From: Candidatus Velesiimonas alkalicola
GTDB taxonomy: Bacteria; Omnitrophota; Gorgyraeia; Velesiimonadales; Velesiimonadaceae
NCBI GenBank assembly: GCA_013626165.1
Contig: NDHX01000002.1
Coordinates: 64,639 to 128,638 of the forward strand
Direction: 5' to 3'
DNA: 64,000 nt
The notes beneath the pieces were generated by a model. It was not told the origin of the DNA. It was given only the letters and a program-made list of their open reading frames with translations, and searched no databases. The position numbers and the translations under genes were made by a program. This document shows positions 38,533 to 49,095 of this stretch, piece by piece; position 1 is the stretch's first letter, and every line of letters starts with the position of its first letter.

Positions 38533-39816
38533 TTAAAAGGTTGGGCAAATATATTCTATTTCCCCATCCGCTATGGTAAGAATAATCTTACCCTTCAGTG
38601 TCCAGCCAAGCCAGGGAGAGTTTATGGATTTTGAAAATATTGTGCTTCTTTTAACTTCCCATACATCATCAGGGTCAAATACAACAATATCTGCCCTTGA
38701 GCCAATACTCAAATGACCGGCATCTATACAAAGTATCTTTGCAGGACCAAGACTCATCAGTTCAACAAGCCTCCTGTAATCTATCAGTTTTGTATGAACC
38801 ATATAAGTATAGATAACACTTAACGCTGTTTCAAGCCCTATTATTCCAAAAGGTGCATTATCAAATTCAACCTCTTTCTCCTCTTGCGTATGAGGTGCAT
38901 GGTCGGTCGCAATGGCATCAATTGTGCCATCAATAACTGCTTTTCTTAACTGTTCTCTATTTTTTATATTTCCTATCGGAGGATTGACCTTAAGGTTTGT
39001 ATTATAATCAAATAAATCCTCATCGGTAAATGCAATATAATGCGGGGATGTTTCGCAGGTCAGGGACAACGATTTTGCCTTCGCCATTTTTATAAGTTCT
39101 ATTGAAATGCTCTTACTTATATGACATAGATGAAGCCTGCATCCTGTTTTTCTTAAAAGTTCTATATCCCTTGCAACCATTATACTTTCGCTTTCTGCAG
39201 GAATCCCTTTCAGTCCAATTTTTGTGCTGATGTATCCCTCACTCATTACACCATCTGCAGACAAGGTTCTATCCTCACAATGTTCAAATATCGGAACATC
39301 AAACATCCTTGCATATTCCATTGCTCTTCTGGCAAGAGATGCATTCTGGATACAATTCCCATCGTCTGATAGCGCTGATATGCCTGCCTGTCTTAAAAGA
39401 CCTATCTCACTTAATAGCATACCTTCTCTTTTTTGGGTTATACAACCTGCAACACAGAGCCTTATGTTGCTTTTGTGTTTTGCCTCCTCTATTATTGACC
39501 GGACAATTTCCTGCTCATCAATGGGAGGATTTGTGTTCGGCATACAGGTTATTGTTGTCCAACCTCCGTGTGCCGCTGCTTTTAAACCGCTTTCTATTGT
39601 CTCCTCATCTTCCCTCCCCGGCTGTCTTAAATGTGCGTGTAGATCAATAAGCCCTGGAAACACAATCTTGCCTTTTGCATTTATCACTTTTGCATCATCA
39701 CAGGTAATGCCTTTCTTGACAGACGCTATCACACCATCTTTTACAAGAATATCCAGTGTGTTGTCTATATTATTTTTTGGATCTATAACCCTGCCGTTTC
39801 TTATCAGTATCTTCAT
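38533..39816 (-). CDS. pyrC: dihydroorotase
   Basis: DLHAHLRQPG metal-binding motif; HAPH motif; 427 aa. Confidence 0.85.
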   Translation of the reverse strand: MKILIRNGRVIDPKNNIDNTLDILVKDGVIASVKKGITCDDAKVINAKGKIVFPGLIDLHAHLRQPGREDEETIESGLKAAAHGGWTTITCMPNTNPPIDEQEIVRSIIEEAKHKSNIRLCVAGCITQKREGMLLSEIGLLRQAGISALSDDGNCIQNASLARRAMEYARMFDVPIFEHCEDRTLSADGVMSEGYISTKIGLKGIPAESESIMVARDIELLRKTGCRLHLCHISKSISIELIKMAKAKSLSLTCETSPHYIAFTDEDLFDYNTNLKVNPPIGNIKNREQLRKAVIDGTIDAIATDHAPHTQEEKEVEFDNAPFGIIGLETALSVIYTYMVHTKLIDYRRLVELMSLGPAKILCIDAGHLSIGSRADIVVFDPDDVWEVKRSTIFSKSINSPWLGWTLKGKIILTIADGEIEYICPTF

Positions 39817-39903
39817 ATCTTTCCCATTTAAGTTGTCTTAATGCTATCTAATGTTCACACCGGAGTTAATTTCAGAAGTTATGTGTAGGGTTGTGCAAGG
39901 TGC

Positions 39904-40785
39904 TTAGGTTATAATAAACTGAAGTTTTTTCTGTCGCAAAGCATTCTGATGCCTTTTTTTAGGACTATATCTTCCTGTAAATTCACCCTTCTCTTTTCTT
40001 TCTTTGAAAGTTTTTATTACAATATGTTTGGACATCTCTTCTTTAACAAATTTTAACTCGCTTTCATAATTCTTTAACCTATTTTCTATAAATTTAATAT
40101 ATTCTTCAGAGATTTCTATACCAATATAATCGCACCTCAATATTTTTGCTGCTATTAAAGTTGTTCCGCTTCCGCAATAAGGATCAAGCACTACTCCTTT
40201 TTTTTCATCCATTGTTGAAGAAATTGCTCTAATAGGTAATGCTAAAGGGAAAGGAGCAGGATGAGGATTTTTTCGTTCAGGGGAAAATCGCCAGATTGAT
40301 GTTAATAATGCATGTTTAGGTTTTAATTCTTCACCTATTAATTTCTTTTCTTTCGGTTTGTAAAGCCAGTATATTCTTTCTTCTACCTGCCAGAATCTCC
40401 ATCCCCTGATATTAGCCGCAATCATTCTATCCCAAATTATTTCTTGCCTGATTAGCCATTTTGTTTTTCTCAACCAATCTACAGGATGAAACATCTCACC
40501 CCTTTCCCACCTTATTTTATGATTGTAGAAAAATGACCCACCAGGTTTAGTAATTCTAAAAATTTCATTCAATACCACTATTTGATTTTTTTGGTATTCA
40601 TCTTCGGGCAATTTATCAGTCACTCCTGAATACTTTACATTTTTTACCAACCAACCTTTCTTGTTTTCGCCTTTATTGTATGGTGGTGATGTTACTCCAA
40701 CATCAACAACTTCATCAGGTAGACTCTTTAAAACAGTTAAAGCATCCCCTTGAATTATTTTATTTAAATATTCTTTTGGGTTCAT
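39904..40785 (-). CDS. DNA methyltransferase, beta-class amino-MTase (N4-C or N6-A)
   Basis: Motif IV SPPY precedes motif I DPYCGSGTT (beta permutation); 4-nt overlap with upstream putative endonuclease gene. Confidence 0.8.
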   Translation of the reverse strand: MNPKEYLNKIIQGDALTVLKSLPDEVVDVGVTSPPYNKGENKKGWLVKNVKYSGVTDKLPEDEYQKNQIVVLNEIFRITKPGGSFFYNHKIRWERGEMFHPVDWLRKTKWLIRQEIIWDRMIAANIRGWRFWQVEERIYWLYKPKEKKLIGEELKPKHALLTSIWRFSPERKNPHPAPFPLALPIRAISSTMDEKKGVVLDPYCGSGTTLIAAKILRCDYIGIEISEEYIKFIENRLKNYESELKFVKEEMSKHIVIKTFKERKEKGEFTGRYSPKKRHQNALRQKKLQFIIT

Positions 40786-41492
40786 TTTGTCATTCCCTCT
40801 AAAAACTCGTAAAAACCCTTAGAAATACATGGTTCATATTTTGCTAATTCAGTTTTATTTAAAAGATGGACAATTTTTAAATTTGGGCTTTTGATAAAAT
40901 CTTTGTAATCAAAGTCAGCACTTCTTAAAAATTGCCCTTTCGTGCTTTTACTTCCTTTTAATTTCCTCTGCCATTTCTGTATTTTTATTTCCAAGTTTTT
41001 CACAAAATCAGGAGAGTTAAACAGAAATTCAATAATATAAATCAGTTTGCCGTCTACAAATCCACTTACTAACAAATTTAAATCTTTTTCCTTTTTATCC
41101 CTTTCTAATCTTGCTGGTGTATAATCAGTAAAATTCCCCCCACCATTTAATTTTGCTGGACTTGTTTTCCTTTCTCCTTTCTTATATTTTTCAAACTCCT
41201 CGGTATCAAAATTTTTAGGTTTTGCTTCGCACTTGACTGTCTTCCCTGCTGTATAGGAATCTTGCTTAAATCCGTTATATCCAATTTTACCTTCTTTGTG
41301 TTTATATCCTGCCAAACTCACTGTTATAAATTCCCTAATTGTTGAAGAATTTTTATCATTTATATACATTGTTAATAAATCAAGTAGTATTCCAATGAGG
41401 GTGTCTTTAGATTTGCCTATCAAGTAATTGTTTAATTCTTGATGAGTTCCTGTGGAATAGATTTTTATAATATTGACAAGCTCCTGATTCAT
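40782..41492 (-). CDS. putative type II restriction endonuclease (cognate of adjacent MTase)
   Basis: 236 aa; candidate PD-(D/E)xK signature (QD...CEAKPK); translationally coupled to the MTase. Confidence 0.4.
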   Translation of the reverse strand: MNQELVNIIKIYSTGTHQELNNYLIGKSKDTLIGILLDLLTMYINDKNSSTIREFITVSLAGYKHKEGKIGYNGFKQDSYTAGKTVKCEAKPKNFDTEEFEKYKKGERKTSPAKLNGGGNFTDYTPARLERDKKEKDLNLLVSGFVDGKLIYIIEFLFNSPDFVKNLEIKIQKWQRKLKGSKSTKGQFLRSADFDYKDFIKSPNLKIVHLLNKTELAKYEPCISKGFYEFLEGMTK

Positions 41493-41581
41493 TTTATTCC
41501 ATACTCATTTTTTAATACTAACCAGTTTGTGCTTTAAAGATCCCCTTCTACACTTTCCCCTGCCCGCCGCCTACTATTTTT

Positions 41582-42508
41582 TTATCTTACTCCTGCTATC
41601 AGAAAAAGAACAGCCATCCTTACCGCAACACCGTTTGTTACCTGTTCAAGTATAACAGAATACTTTCCATCCACAACATCAGATGTCAGTTCAATTCCTC
41701 TATTGACAGGGCCCGGATGCATTATAAGAATATCAGGTTTTGCCCATTTCTGAAGTTTTTCAGTATCTAGACCAAAAAACCTCTGATACTCTCTTATAGA
41801 TGGGAACAGCCCCATACCTTGTCTTTCCGTCTGTATTCTTAACATATTCACAACATCTGCATTGCGAACCGCCTGCTCAAGAGAGTTTGTCAAACAGACA
41901 CCCATCTTTTGTATGTCACAAGGAATAAGTGTTGAAGGTCCACACACTGTTACATTTGCACCCAATTTTGTAAGCCCCCATATGTTAGACCTTGCAACTC
42001 TTGAATGTTCTATATCACCCACAATGCTTATATTTAGTCCTTTTACCCTTCCTTTTTTCTCTTTTATTGTATAAATATCAAGAAGTCCTTGTGTCGGATG
42101 TTCATGCGAACCATCTCCTGCATTTATCACCCCTTGTTTAAGTACACTTGCAACCATCTTTGCCGAACCACAGGATGGATGTCTTATTACAATAAGGTCT
42201 ATTTTCATAGCCTCAATATTTTTTACGGTATCTATGAGTGTTTCACCCTTATTTACACTTGATGTTGAGGAAAAAAAATTTATTGTATCTGCGCTTAACC
42301 TTTTTTCTGCAAGTTCAAATGATATTCTTGTTCTTGTGCTTGATTCAAAAAAAAGATTTACAATTGTCAATCCTTTCAAGGCTGGAACTTTTTTAATCTG
42401 TCTTAGTGAAACCTCTTTGAAGGAATCTGCTGCCTGTAAAATAAGTTCTATCTCATCAGGACTTAATTCTTCAAGCCCCAGAAGGTCTTTCCTTCTCCAT
42501 TTTGCCAT
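41582..42508 (-). CDS. pyrB: aspartate carbamoyltransferase catalytic subunit
   Basis: STRTR carbamoyl-phosphate motif ([13 protein letters not shown]); HPxQ and HPGP blocks. Confidence 0.9.
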   Translation of the reverse strand: MAKWRRKDLLGLEELSPDEIELILQAADSFKEVSLRQIKKVPALKGLTIVNLFFESSTRTRISFELAEKRLSADTINFFSSTSSVNKGETLIDTVKNIEAMKIDLIVIRHPSCGSAKMVASVLKQGVINAGDGSHEHPTQGLLDIYTIKEKKGRVKGLNISIVGDIEHSRVARSNIWGLTKLGANVTVCGPSTLIPCDIQKMGVCLTNSLEQAVRNADVVNMLRIQTERQGMGLFPSIREYQRFFGLDTEKLQKWAKPDILIMHPGPVNRGIELTSDVVDGKYSVILEQVTNGVAVRMAVLFLIAGVR

Positions 42509-42511
42509 GCT

Positions 42512-43081
42512 TTATTCTCCTTCAAGCAACACCTCATCAACACCATCAATCTCTTTAAGTTTTACCTGAATAACCTGACCGATTTTTGTTTGTATTTTTT
42601 TACCCATATAATCAGCCTGTATGGGAAGTTCTCTTAACCCCCTGTCTATAAGAACGGCAAGCTGAATAGTTTTGGGTCTTCCAAAATCCATAATCGCGTC
42701 CATAGCGCTTTTTATTGTTCTACCGGTAAAAAGAACATCATCAACCAGTATAATGTTTTTGTTGTATGTATCAAAATCTATCTCGGTTTTTTTTACTACG
42801 GGCCGGTTTATTTCGTATAACGAAACCGTGCTTTTTGGGACAAGTGTAAGGTCGTCCCTGTAAAGCGTTATATCAAGTCCACCGACAGGAATTTTAAATT
42901 CTGTCTTCTTAAAAGTTACATCGGCAAGCCTTTGGGCAAAAGGGAGTCCTCTTGTTTTTATACCAACAAGAGCAACTTTTTGAATATCCTTGTTTTTATA
43001 AATAATCTGGTCTGATATATCCAGAATCCTATTTTTTATATCCTGCTCATCCATTATTTTCATATACTCCCACTCTAACAT
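42512..43081 (-). CDS. pyrR: bifunctional pyrimidine operon regulator / uracil phosphoribosyltransferase
   Basis: 189 aa; PRTase motif ILVDDVLFTGRT; conserved position upstream of pyrB. Confidence 0.85.
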   Translation of the reverse strand: MLEWEYMKIMDEQDIKNRILDISDQIIYKNKDIQKVALVGIKTRGLPFAQRLADVTFKKTEFKIPVGGLDITLYRDDLTLVPKSTVSLYEINRPVVKKTEIDFDTYNKNIILVDDVLFTGRTIKSAMDAIMDFGRPKTIQLAVLIDRGLRELPIQADYMGKKIQTKIGQVIQVKLKEIDGVDEVLLEGE

Positions 43082-43100
43082 GCCCGCAATATTTTGTCAA

Positions 43101-44534
43101 TTAAATATAAAAAGGTATCGCTGTTATTTTTTTACACCATTCTAACGCATGTTTTCTTGTTTTTATTTTTCCCTGTATCTGCATATCCTGTATCTTCTTT
43201 AATACCTGCCCTATTACAGGTCCTTGTTTCAGCCCCATACTTAAAATATCCCTTCCTCTTAAAAACGGCTCTATCATCTTTTTTTCTGTATCATAATAAC
43301 CCGAAACAACTCTTTGTAAAAATTTCAAAACTTTTTTTGCCTGTAGCGGTTTTATACTTCCTAAATCAGAAACAGAGACAAGGCATAAGCCTATTATATC
43401 CGGTCCTGCATCTTTGAAAAATCTTCTTATTCCTTTTTTTGGAAAATTCAGTTCGGCAAGATGACCGGCCCTCATATGCATTTTAACAAGCATCTTTAAA
43501 AGATACCTTTCATCATTAGATAGTTTAAATCTTTTGCTTATAATCTGACAGTATTTTTCACCCGTGGATTCATGCCCATAAAATGTGTATCCTTTGCCTT
43601 TCCTGTACTTTCTGGTATCCGGCTTTCCTATATCATGAATAAGGATTGCAAATCTTAAAATCCAGCCTTTTTTTTCAAGATATACATCAATTTTTTTTTT
43701 AAGAGTTCCTTTTAATGATAAGACAAGATTATCAAAATATTTTAATGCTTCTATAGAATGCTTCCATACAGATAGTCTGTGAAATCTTCCCCCTTTTATC
43801 TTTCTTAATTTTATAGATTCAGGAAGTAAAACATTCCAGGCGCCCATCTCTGTCATATCATTCATAGTTGAGTAGGTCTGTTTTGAGCCAAACAGCCTTA
43901 ACAATTCCTGACGGATCCTTTCTGCCGGAATATCCTTAATTTTGTTTAGCGCTCTTTTTGCAAGAATTTTTGTTTTTTTATCTATCAAAAGACACTGACT
44001 TGAACCTATTGAAAAAAGCCTTATGATTCTTACAGGGTCTTTCAAGAACGCATCCTCACGAGGAACTTTTAACAAGCCCTTTTTTATATCCTGTAGCCCA
44101 CCGGTTGTATCAATAATATTACAGGAAGGAAATTCAACGGCAATTGCATCTACCGTAAAGTCTCTTCTTTTTAAGTCCTGTTCAATACTTTCTTGATATT
44201 CTGTAACATCAATACAAAAATTGTTCATCCAGCCTTTTCTTAAAAGGTTAGAAGGGGCAGGGCCCGGAGGCGGAAAAGGAATGCGGTATGTGGTTGGATT
44301 TTTCCCAAGATAAACAATATGTGAGTTTAAAATTTTGGAAAGGTTTTTTGAAAAAAGACACGCATTTATATTTACCACAATATCTACATCAAGTATAGGT
44401 ATTTTTTTTAAGAGCATATCACGAACTGCTCCGCCTACAATATACACAGAATCTACACCTGAGGTTTTTTTTGCTTTTTTAAGGGCTTGGAAAACTTTGC
44501 GGGGGAGAAACTTATTCAAATCCAAAAAATGCAT
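43101..44534 (-). CDS. cca: CCA tRNA nucleotidyltransferase with C-terminal HD domain
   Basis: Pol-beta NTase head GGAVRDMLL...DVD; HD motif region HDIGK; 477 aa. Confidence 0.8.
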   Translation of the reverse strand: MHFLDLNKFLPRKVFQALKKAKKTSGVDSVYIVGGAVRDMLLKKIPILDVDIVVNINACLFSKNLSKILNSHIVYLGKNPTTYRIPFPPPGPAPSNLLRKGWMNNFCIDVTEYQESIEQDLKRRDFTVDAIAVEFPSCNIIDTTGGLQDIKKGLLKVPREDAFLKDPVRIIRLFSIGSSQCLLIDKKTKILAKRALNKIKDIPAERIRQELLRLFGSKQTYSTMNDMTEMGAWNVLLPESIKLRKIKGGRFHRLSVWKHSIEALKYFDNLVLSLKGTLKKKIDVYLEKKGWILRFAILIHDIGKPDTRKYRKGKGYTFYGHESTGEKYCQIISKRFKLSNDERYLLKMLVKMHMRAGHLAELNFPKKGIRRFFKDAGPDIIGLCLVSVSDLGSIKPLQAKKVLKFLQRVVSGYYDTEKKMIEPFLRGRDILSMGLKQGPVIGQVLKKIQDMQIQGKIKTRKHALEWCKKITAIPFYI

Positions 44535-44540
44535 TGTACC

Positions 44541-44939
44541 TCATACCTCTAGGGAGTTTTGAAGCACATATTCTTCTGCAAATATAGGAGATTTCATACG
44601 AAGAGCAATGGCAAGTCCGTCACTGGGCCTTGTATCAATTACCACTTCTACATCTTCTTTATTTTTAAATACAAGTTTTGCATGGAAGGTTCCGTTTTCA
44701 ATCTTATCAATAATAAGCTTTTCTAATTTTATTTTAAATTTTTCTATCATAGATTTTATCAAATCATGTGTCATAGGTCTCTGGTACTGCACATCATAGA
44801 TGTTATCGTATATAGCCCTTGCTTCATTTATACCTATTACTATTGGTAATATCTTTGTGCCGGATTTCTCTTTCAGGACAACCACCTGCTCCAACCTTGT
44901 TTCATCTATCTGTATTTGAAGAAGTTTCATCTCAATCAT
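44541..44939 (-). CDS. bifunctional nuclease family protein (DUF151)
   Basis: 132 aa; characteristic PIVIG..EA.AI...YQRP.THDL block. Confidence 0.6.
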   Translation of the reverse strand: MIEMKLLQIQIDETRLEQVVVLKEKSGTKILPIVIGINEARAIYDNIYDVQYQRPMTHDLIKSMIEKFKIKLEKLIIDKIENGTFHAKLVFKNKEDVEVVIDTRPSDGLAIALRMKSPIFAEEYVLQNSLEV

Positions 44940-45031
44940 ATTACCTTCTTCTGTACACGAGCCCGCCCTACAACCCCATTTTATCTTATCAAAATTTAAT
45001 CCACACCAGATAGTCTATGGAGGAAGGAAAG

Positions 45032-46288
45032 TTATGTTCCCCTCTCCCATGATATAAGATACTTTTCCTGTTCTATGGTTAGTCTATCGCATTCTATGCC
45101 CATAGTTTTTAATTTTAATTGTGCAATTATTTTGTCTGTGGATTCCGGAACATTGTAAACTTTTTTTTCAAGTTTGTTTTTATTTTTAACAAGATATTCA
45201 ACCGCAAGCGCCTGGTTTGCAAATGACATATCCATAACACAAGCAGGATGTCCTTCCGCAGAAGTAAGGTTTATGAGTCTTCCTTCTCCGAGGACAAATA
45301 TTCTTTTCCCACCTTTAAGTTTGTATTCTCTTACCATATCTCTAACATCTGTTTTTGAAACAGCAATTTTTGAAAGTCTGTCAAGGTCTATCTCAACATT
45401 AAAATGTCCCGAATTAGCAAGTATTGCCCCATCCTTCATAACCTTAAAATGTTTTTCTCTTAAAACACTTATATTGCCTGTAACGGTTACAAATATATCT
45501 CCTATCTTTGCTGCATTTATAGATGGCATAACATTAAAGCCATCCATAACCGCCTCTAATGCTTTTAATGGATCAGTCTCCGTTATAATCACATTTGCAC
45601 CCATTCCCCTGGCGCGCATTGCAACCCCTCTTCCGCACCATCCATATCCACATATGACAAACTGACATCCGGCAAGAAGCCGGTTTGTTGCTCTTAATAT
45701 ACCATCTATTGTGGACTGCCCTGTTCCGTATCTGTTGTCAAACAAGTGTTTTGTATTTGCATCGTTAATCGCAATAATAGGAAATAAAAGTAGGTTCTGA
45801 TTTTGAAGGTTCTTTAGTCTTATAACTCCTGTCGTTGTCTCTTCTGTGCTTCCTATAACATGCCTGGCAAGGTCTTTTCTTTTTGTATGTATTGTACTAA
45901 CTAAATCTGCACCATCATCCATTGTTATATTCGGATTTAATTCAAGTGCCTGTTCTATATGTTTATAATATGTTTCATTGTCCTCACCATTTATTGCAAA
46001 TACAGGTATGTTTTCATCTTTTACAAGTGTAGATGCTATATCATCCTGTGTGCTTAATGGATTTGATGCACACAGAACAGTTTGCGCTCCCCCATTTTTA
46101 AGCGTCTGCATAAGGTTTGCAGTTTCACTTGTTACATGAAGGCAGGCTGCAATTTTAATTCCTTTAAGCGGCTTCTCTTTTTGAAATCTCTCTTTTATCA
46201 TTTTAAGAACAGGCATATCAATGGAAGCCCACTCTGTTCTGTTTTTCCCTTTTTGTGCAAGTTTAATGTCTTTTATATGATATCTCAT
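45032..46288 (-). CDS. ahcY: adenosylhomocysteinase
   Basis: NAD-binding and SAHH signature blocks. The ORF track extends to 46372 and overlaps metK by 52 nt. The family N-terminus ([11 protein letters not shown]...DMPVL) places the likely start at the internal Met near 46288. Confidence 0.85.
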   Translation of the reverse strand: MRYHIKDIKLAQKGKNRTEWASIDMPVLKMIKERFQKEKPLKGIKIAACLHVTSETANLMQTLKNGGAQTVLCASNPLSTQDDIASTLVKDENIPVFAINGEDNETYYKHIEQALELNPNITMDDGADLVSTIHTKRKDLARHVIGSTEETTTGVIRLKNLQNQNLLLFPIIAINDANTKHLFDNRYGTGQSTIDGILRATNRLLAGCQFVICGYGWCGRGVAMRARGMGANVIITETDPLKALEAVMDGFNVMPSINAAKIGDIFVTVTGNISVLREKHFKVMKDGAILANSGHFNVEIDLDRLSKIAVSKTDVRDMVREYKLKGGKRIFVLGEGRLINLTSAEGHPACVMDMSFANQALAVEYLVKNKNKLEKKVYNVPESTDKIIAQLKLKTMGIECDRLTIEQEKYLISWERGT

Positions 46289-46320
46289 TGCATTTTCCTT
46301 AAAGTTTATTAATGTATCTA

Positions 46321-47478
46321 TTATAGTCCAGCACGCTTTTTCAACATATCTGCCTTGTCGGTTTTTTCCCATGTAAAATCGGGATCATTTCTTCCAAAGT
46401 GTCCGTAAGCAGCAGTCTTTTTATAGATAGGCCTTTTTAATTTAAGGTGCTCTATAATTCCAGCGGGTGTAAGAGAAAAGTTTTCAATTATTAGTTCAAT
46501 TATTTTGCTATCCAAAATTTTACCTGTCCCAAAAGTATCCACAGAAACACTTACAGGTTTTGCAACACCTATAGAATATGCAATCTGCACCTCGCATTTG
46601 TAGGCAAGCCCTGCTGCAACAACATTTTTGGCAATATACCGTGCCATGTAACTCCCGGACCTGTCAACCTTTGAAGGATCTTTGCCCGAAAAACAACCAC
46701 CGCCATGATGGCCCATTCCACCATAGGTATCAACAATAATTTTTCTTCCTGTTAAACCTGAATCAGCCTCAGGGCCTCCAATTGCAAATATACCTGTGGC
46801 ATTTATAAATATCCTTGTATTCTTATCCATCCATCTGCCGCAGACAGGCTTTATTACCTTTTTCATAATATCTGAAACCATTTGTTTCCTACCGACCTTG
46901 GGGTCATGATGGGCTGCAATAACAATTGCATCTATCCTTTTTGGTCTATCATCTTCATATTCTACTGTAACCTGCGACTTTCCATCAGGTCTCATCCAGG
47001 GAATAACCTTTTTCTTTCTTACCTCTGCCATCTTAAATGTAAGTCCATGAGCAAGGGTAATGGGAAGCGGCATAAGATGAGGAGTTTCTTTTACTGCGAA
47101 ACCAAACATCATTCCCTGATCCCCGGCTCCTTGCTCATGTGTCTTTGTTTGTGTAACACCTACTGATATGTTTTTACTCTGTTCATGGATACTTGTTAAA
47201 ACACCACAATCGTGACAATCAAGCCCATATTCCGGATTGGTATATCCAATCTCCTTTAATGTATTTCTTACAATCGCAGGAATATCTACATAACAGGATG
47301 TTGTAATCTCTCCTGCAACCATTATAAAACCTGTTGAAGTAAGACATTCACATGCAACCCTTGCATCAGAATCTTTTTCAAGTATAGCATCTAAAATAGC
47401 ATCGGCAACCTTATCGCATATCTTGTCCGGATGTCCTTCTGTTACAGACTCTGATGTGAACAAATATTTTTTAAGCAC
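46321..47478 (-). CDS. metK: S-adenosylmethionine synthetase
   Basis: [18 protein letters not shown]-terminus; GGGAFSGKD signature. Confidence 0.95.
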   Translation of the reverse strand: MLKKYLFTSESVTEGHPDKICDKVADAILDAILEKDSDARVACECLTSTGFIMVAGEITTSCYVDIPAIVRNTLKEIGYTNPEYGLDCHDCGVLTSIHEQSKNISVGVTQTKTHEQGAGDQGMMFGFAVKETPHLMPLPITLAHGLTFKMAEVRKKKVIPWMRPDGKSQVTVEYEDDRPKRIDAIVIAAHHDPKVGRKQMVSDIMKKVIKPVCGRWMDKNTRIFINATGIFAIGGPEADSGLTGRKIIVDTYGGMGHHGGGCFSGKDPSKVDRSGSYMARYIAKNVVAAGLAYKCEVQIAYSIGVAKPVSVSVDTFGTGKILDSKIIELIIENFSLTPAGIIEHLKLKRPIYKKTAAYGHFGRNDPDFTWEKTDKADMLKKRAGL

Positions 47479-47491
47479 TTATCCTCTTGTT

Positions 47492-48655
47492 TTAAGACAA
47501 TCCAAAAATAGAGGTGCAAAATAAAGGTTGTGACACAGCCTCAATGACAGGATGAGATTTGGTTTCACCTCGTAATGACAAACCGGATTTATAAGTAGTA
47601 ATATTTACCCCAAGAAGAGCAGCAATATGAGCGGAAACTGACATTGATAACCCTTCCAAATTATAGCCCCCTTCCAATACCGAAACTATACGGCCGTTAC
47701 AGATATTCTCTGCCAGTTCTTTCAATATGGCGGTCATCTGCGCAAATCCTTCCGGTGTAAGTTGCATATCACCCAAAGGGTCATCCTTATGGGCATCAAA
47801 CCCGGCAGAAATAAAGATAAAATCCGGTTTGAATTTAATAATTTCTGGTTTCAGAATATTTTGAAAGACCTTCTGGTATGCTTCATCGCCACTGCCTGCC
47901 GGAAGTGGTACATTAAAAGTATAACCGTATCCATCCCCTGTCCCTTTCTCTTCACTTCTGCCGGAACCGGGGTAGAAAGGATATTGGTGGACCGAAAAGA
48001 AAAAGACGGTGGGGTCATCGTAAAAAGCATCCTGTGTTCCGTTGCCATGATGTACATCCCAGTCCACAATAAATACTTTTTTAAGGTTGTATTTTTTCTG
48101 TAAGTATCGTGCCCCGATAGCCACATTGTTGAACAGGCAAAACCCCATTGCTTTATCTTTAATCGCATGGTGTCCGGGGGGACGCACGGCGCAGAATGCA
48201 CTTCTTATTTTCCCACTCATAACCGCATCTATTGCTTTTAACACTCCGCCAAGAGCCAGAAGCGCCACATTAAAAGATTCCTCTGAAATGCCTGTATCTG
48301 GTGAATGCAGGTACTTTTGACCGGACTGTGAGACTTTCATTACCTCTCTGACATAGTCCGGGGAATGAATCTGGGTGATCCATTCTACATTCGCCGGCAA
48401 GGGTTTAATATGTAAAAGCTGGTGAAACAGGTTCTTCTTCCTCAATCCTTTCAGGATAGCATTAAGTCTTACCGGCTGTTCCGGATGGGTCTTTCCCGGA
48501 TTATGTGCCAGATAAAAGTCATCATAGACAAATCCTGTAGTAGGAGAGTTTTTCTCTTTCTTGAAAATAATTTCCTTCAGGGCAACAGACCAGTTTTCTG
48601 CCATCAGTTCATACCCTTTTTCATTCGGGTGTATGCCATCTTCAAGATACTCCAC
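47492..48655 (-). CDS. histone deacetylase-family (AcuC/HDAC-like) protein; first ~30 codons derive from the 3' end of a decayed SGNH-hydrolase gene
   Basis: HDAC blocks HHGDG..., VDWDVHHGNGTQ, SAGFDAH. The ORF begins with an alternative start (GTG). The HDAC family N-terminus (TGFVYDDFYLAH) has no start codon of its own in frame. Confidence 0.7.
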   Translation of the reverse strand: MEYLEDGIHPNEKGYELMAENWSVALKEIIFKKEKNSPTTGFVYDDFYLAHNPGKTHPEQPVRLNAILKGLRKKNLFHQLLHIKPLPANVEWITQIHSPDYVREVMKVSQSGQKYLHSPDTGISEESFNVALLALGGVLKAIDAVMSGKIRSAFCAVRPPGHHAIKDKAMGFCLFNNVAIGARYLQKKYNLKKVFIVDWDVHHGNGTQDAFYDDPTVFFFSVHQYPFYPGSGRSEEKGTGDGYGYTFNVPLPAGSGDEAYQKVFQNILKPEIIKFKPDFIFISAGFDAHKDDPLGDMQLTPEGFAQMTAILKELAENICNGRIVSVLEGGYNLEGLSMSVSAHIAALLGVNITTYKSGLSLRGETKSHPVIEAVSQPLFCTSIFGLS

Positions 48656-48867
48656 GTTGTCCTTAAAAGTGTATAGTTGTCCACAAGGGGAATGGATAAT
48701 TTCTTGTTTATTCCCCTTATTTCCGGATTAATTATGTCCTTAACCCTTTTCGCTATTGATTCGGGAATACCTAAGTCCGCTTTAAGAGGAGGCACTGTAG
48801 CCAGCAGAATTTTGGGCGGTTTTGCTCGGCATAATTTATTATTAATAAACAGAATCAACTTTTCCAT
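48604..48867 (-). pseudogene. SGNH/GDSL hydrolase gene remnant (lacks N-terminal GDSL block; frameshifted at an A4/T4 run near 48666-48669)
   Basis: ORF encodes only the middle blocks (ILLATVPP...VDNYT). The C-terminal block YLEDGIHPNEKGYELMAENW continues in another frame that runs without a stop into the HDAC ORF. An in-frame TAA lies 19 codons upstream of the ATG, and no GDSL block is found upstream. Confidence 0.5.
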
Positions 48868-49002
48868 ATTTACCCTGAATGACGCATCTTCTTCTTTTGA
48901 TATTACTCAATTACCTAATACAAACGTAATAAGTAAAATTACAAAAGTAAAATGACACAATTAAAAAAAATCCCCCTTCATCCCCCCTTTTTCAAAGGGG
49001 GA

Positions 49003-49095
49003 GATCCCTCACATTCCCCTCTCACCAAGAGGGTGCCCGAAAGAAAGGTTAGGGGAAATTTTATGTAAAGTAATTTAACACATTTGTATTAATAC
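49003..49095 (+). repeat. dispersed GC-stem repeat element, copy A
   Basis: Aligns (~75%) with the reverse complement of 15145-15243. Preceded by the hairpin TCCCCCCTTTTTCAAAGGGGGAG (48975-49000). Confidence 0.55.

Noticed and set aside
45032-46372. 52-nt overlap between ahcY and metK implying unusual coupling
   Set aside because: The overlap disappears when ahcY starts at the internal Met (about 46288), which matches the conserved AhcY N-terminus. It is a likely start-codon over-extension in the ORF track.
47492-48655. SGNH-like residues (DGIHPNEKGY) at the N-terminus of the HDAC-family ORF suggesting a designed two-domain enzyme
   Set aside because: No GDSL catalytic block exists upstream in any frame, and a frameshift separates the blocks. 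It is interpreted as a gene remnant rather than a functional fusion.
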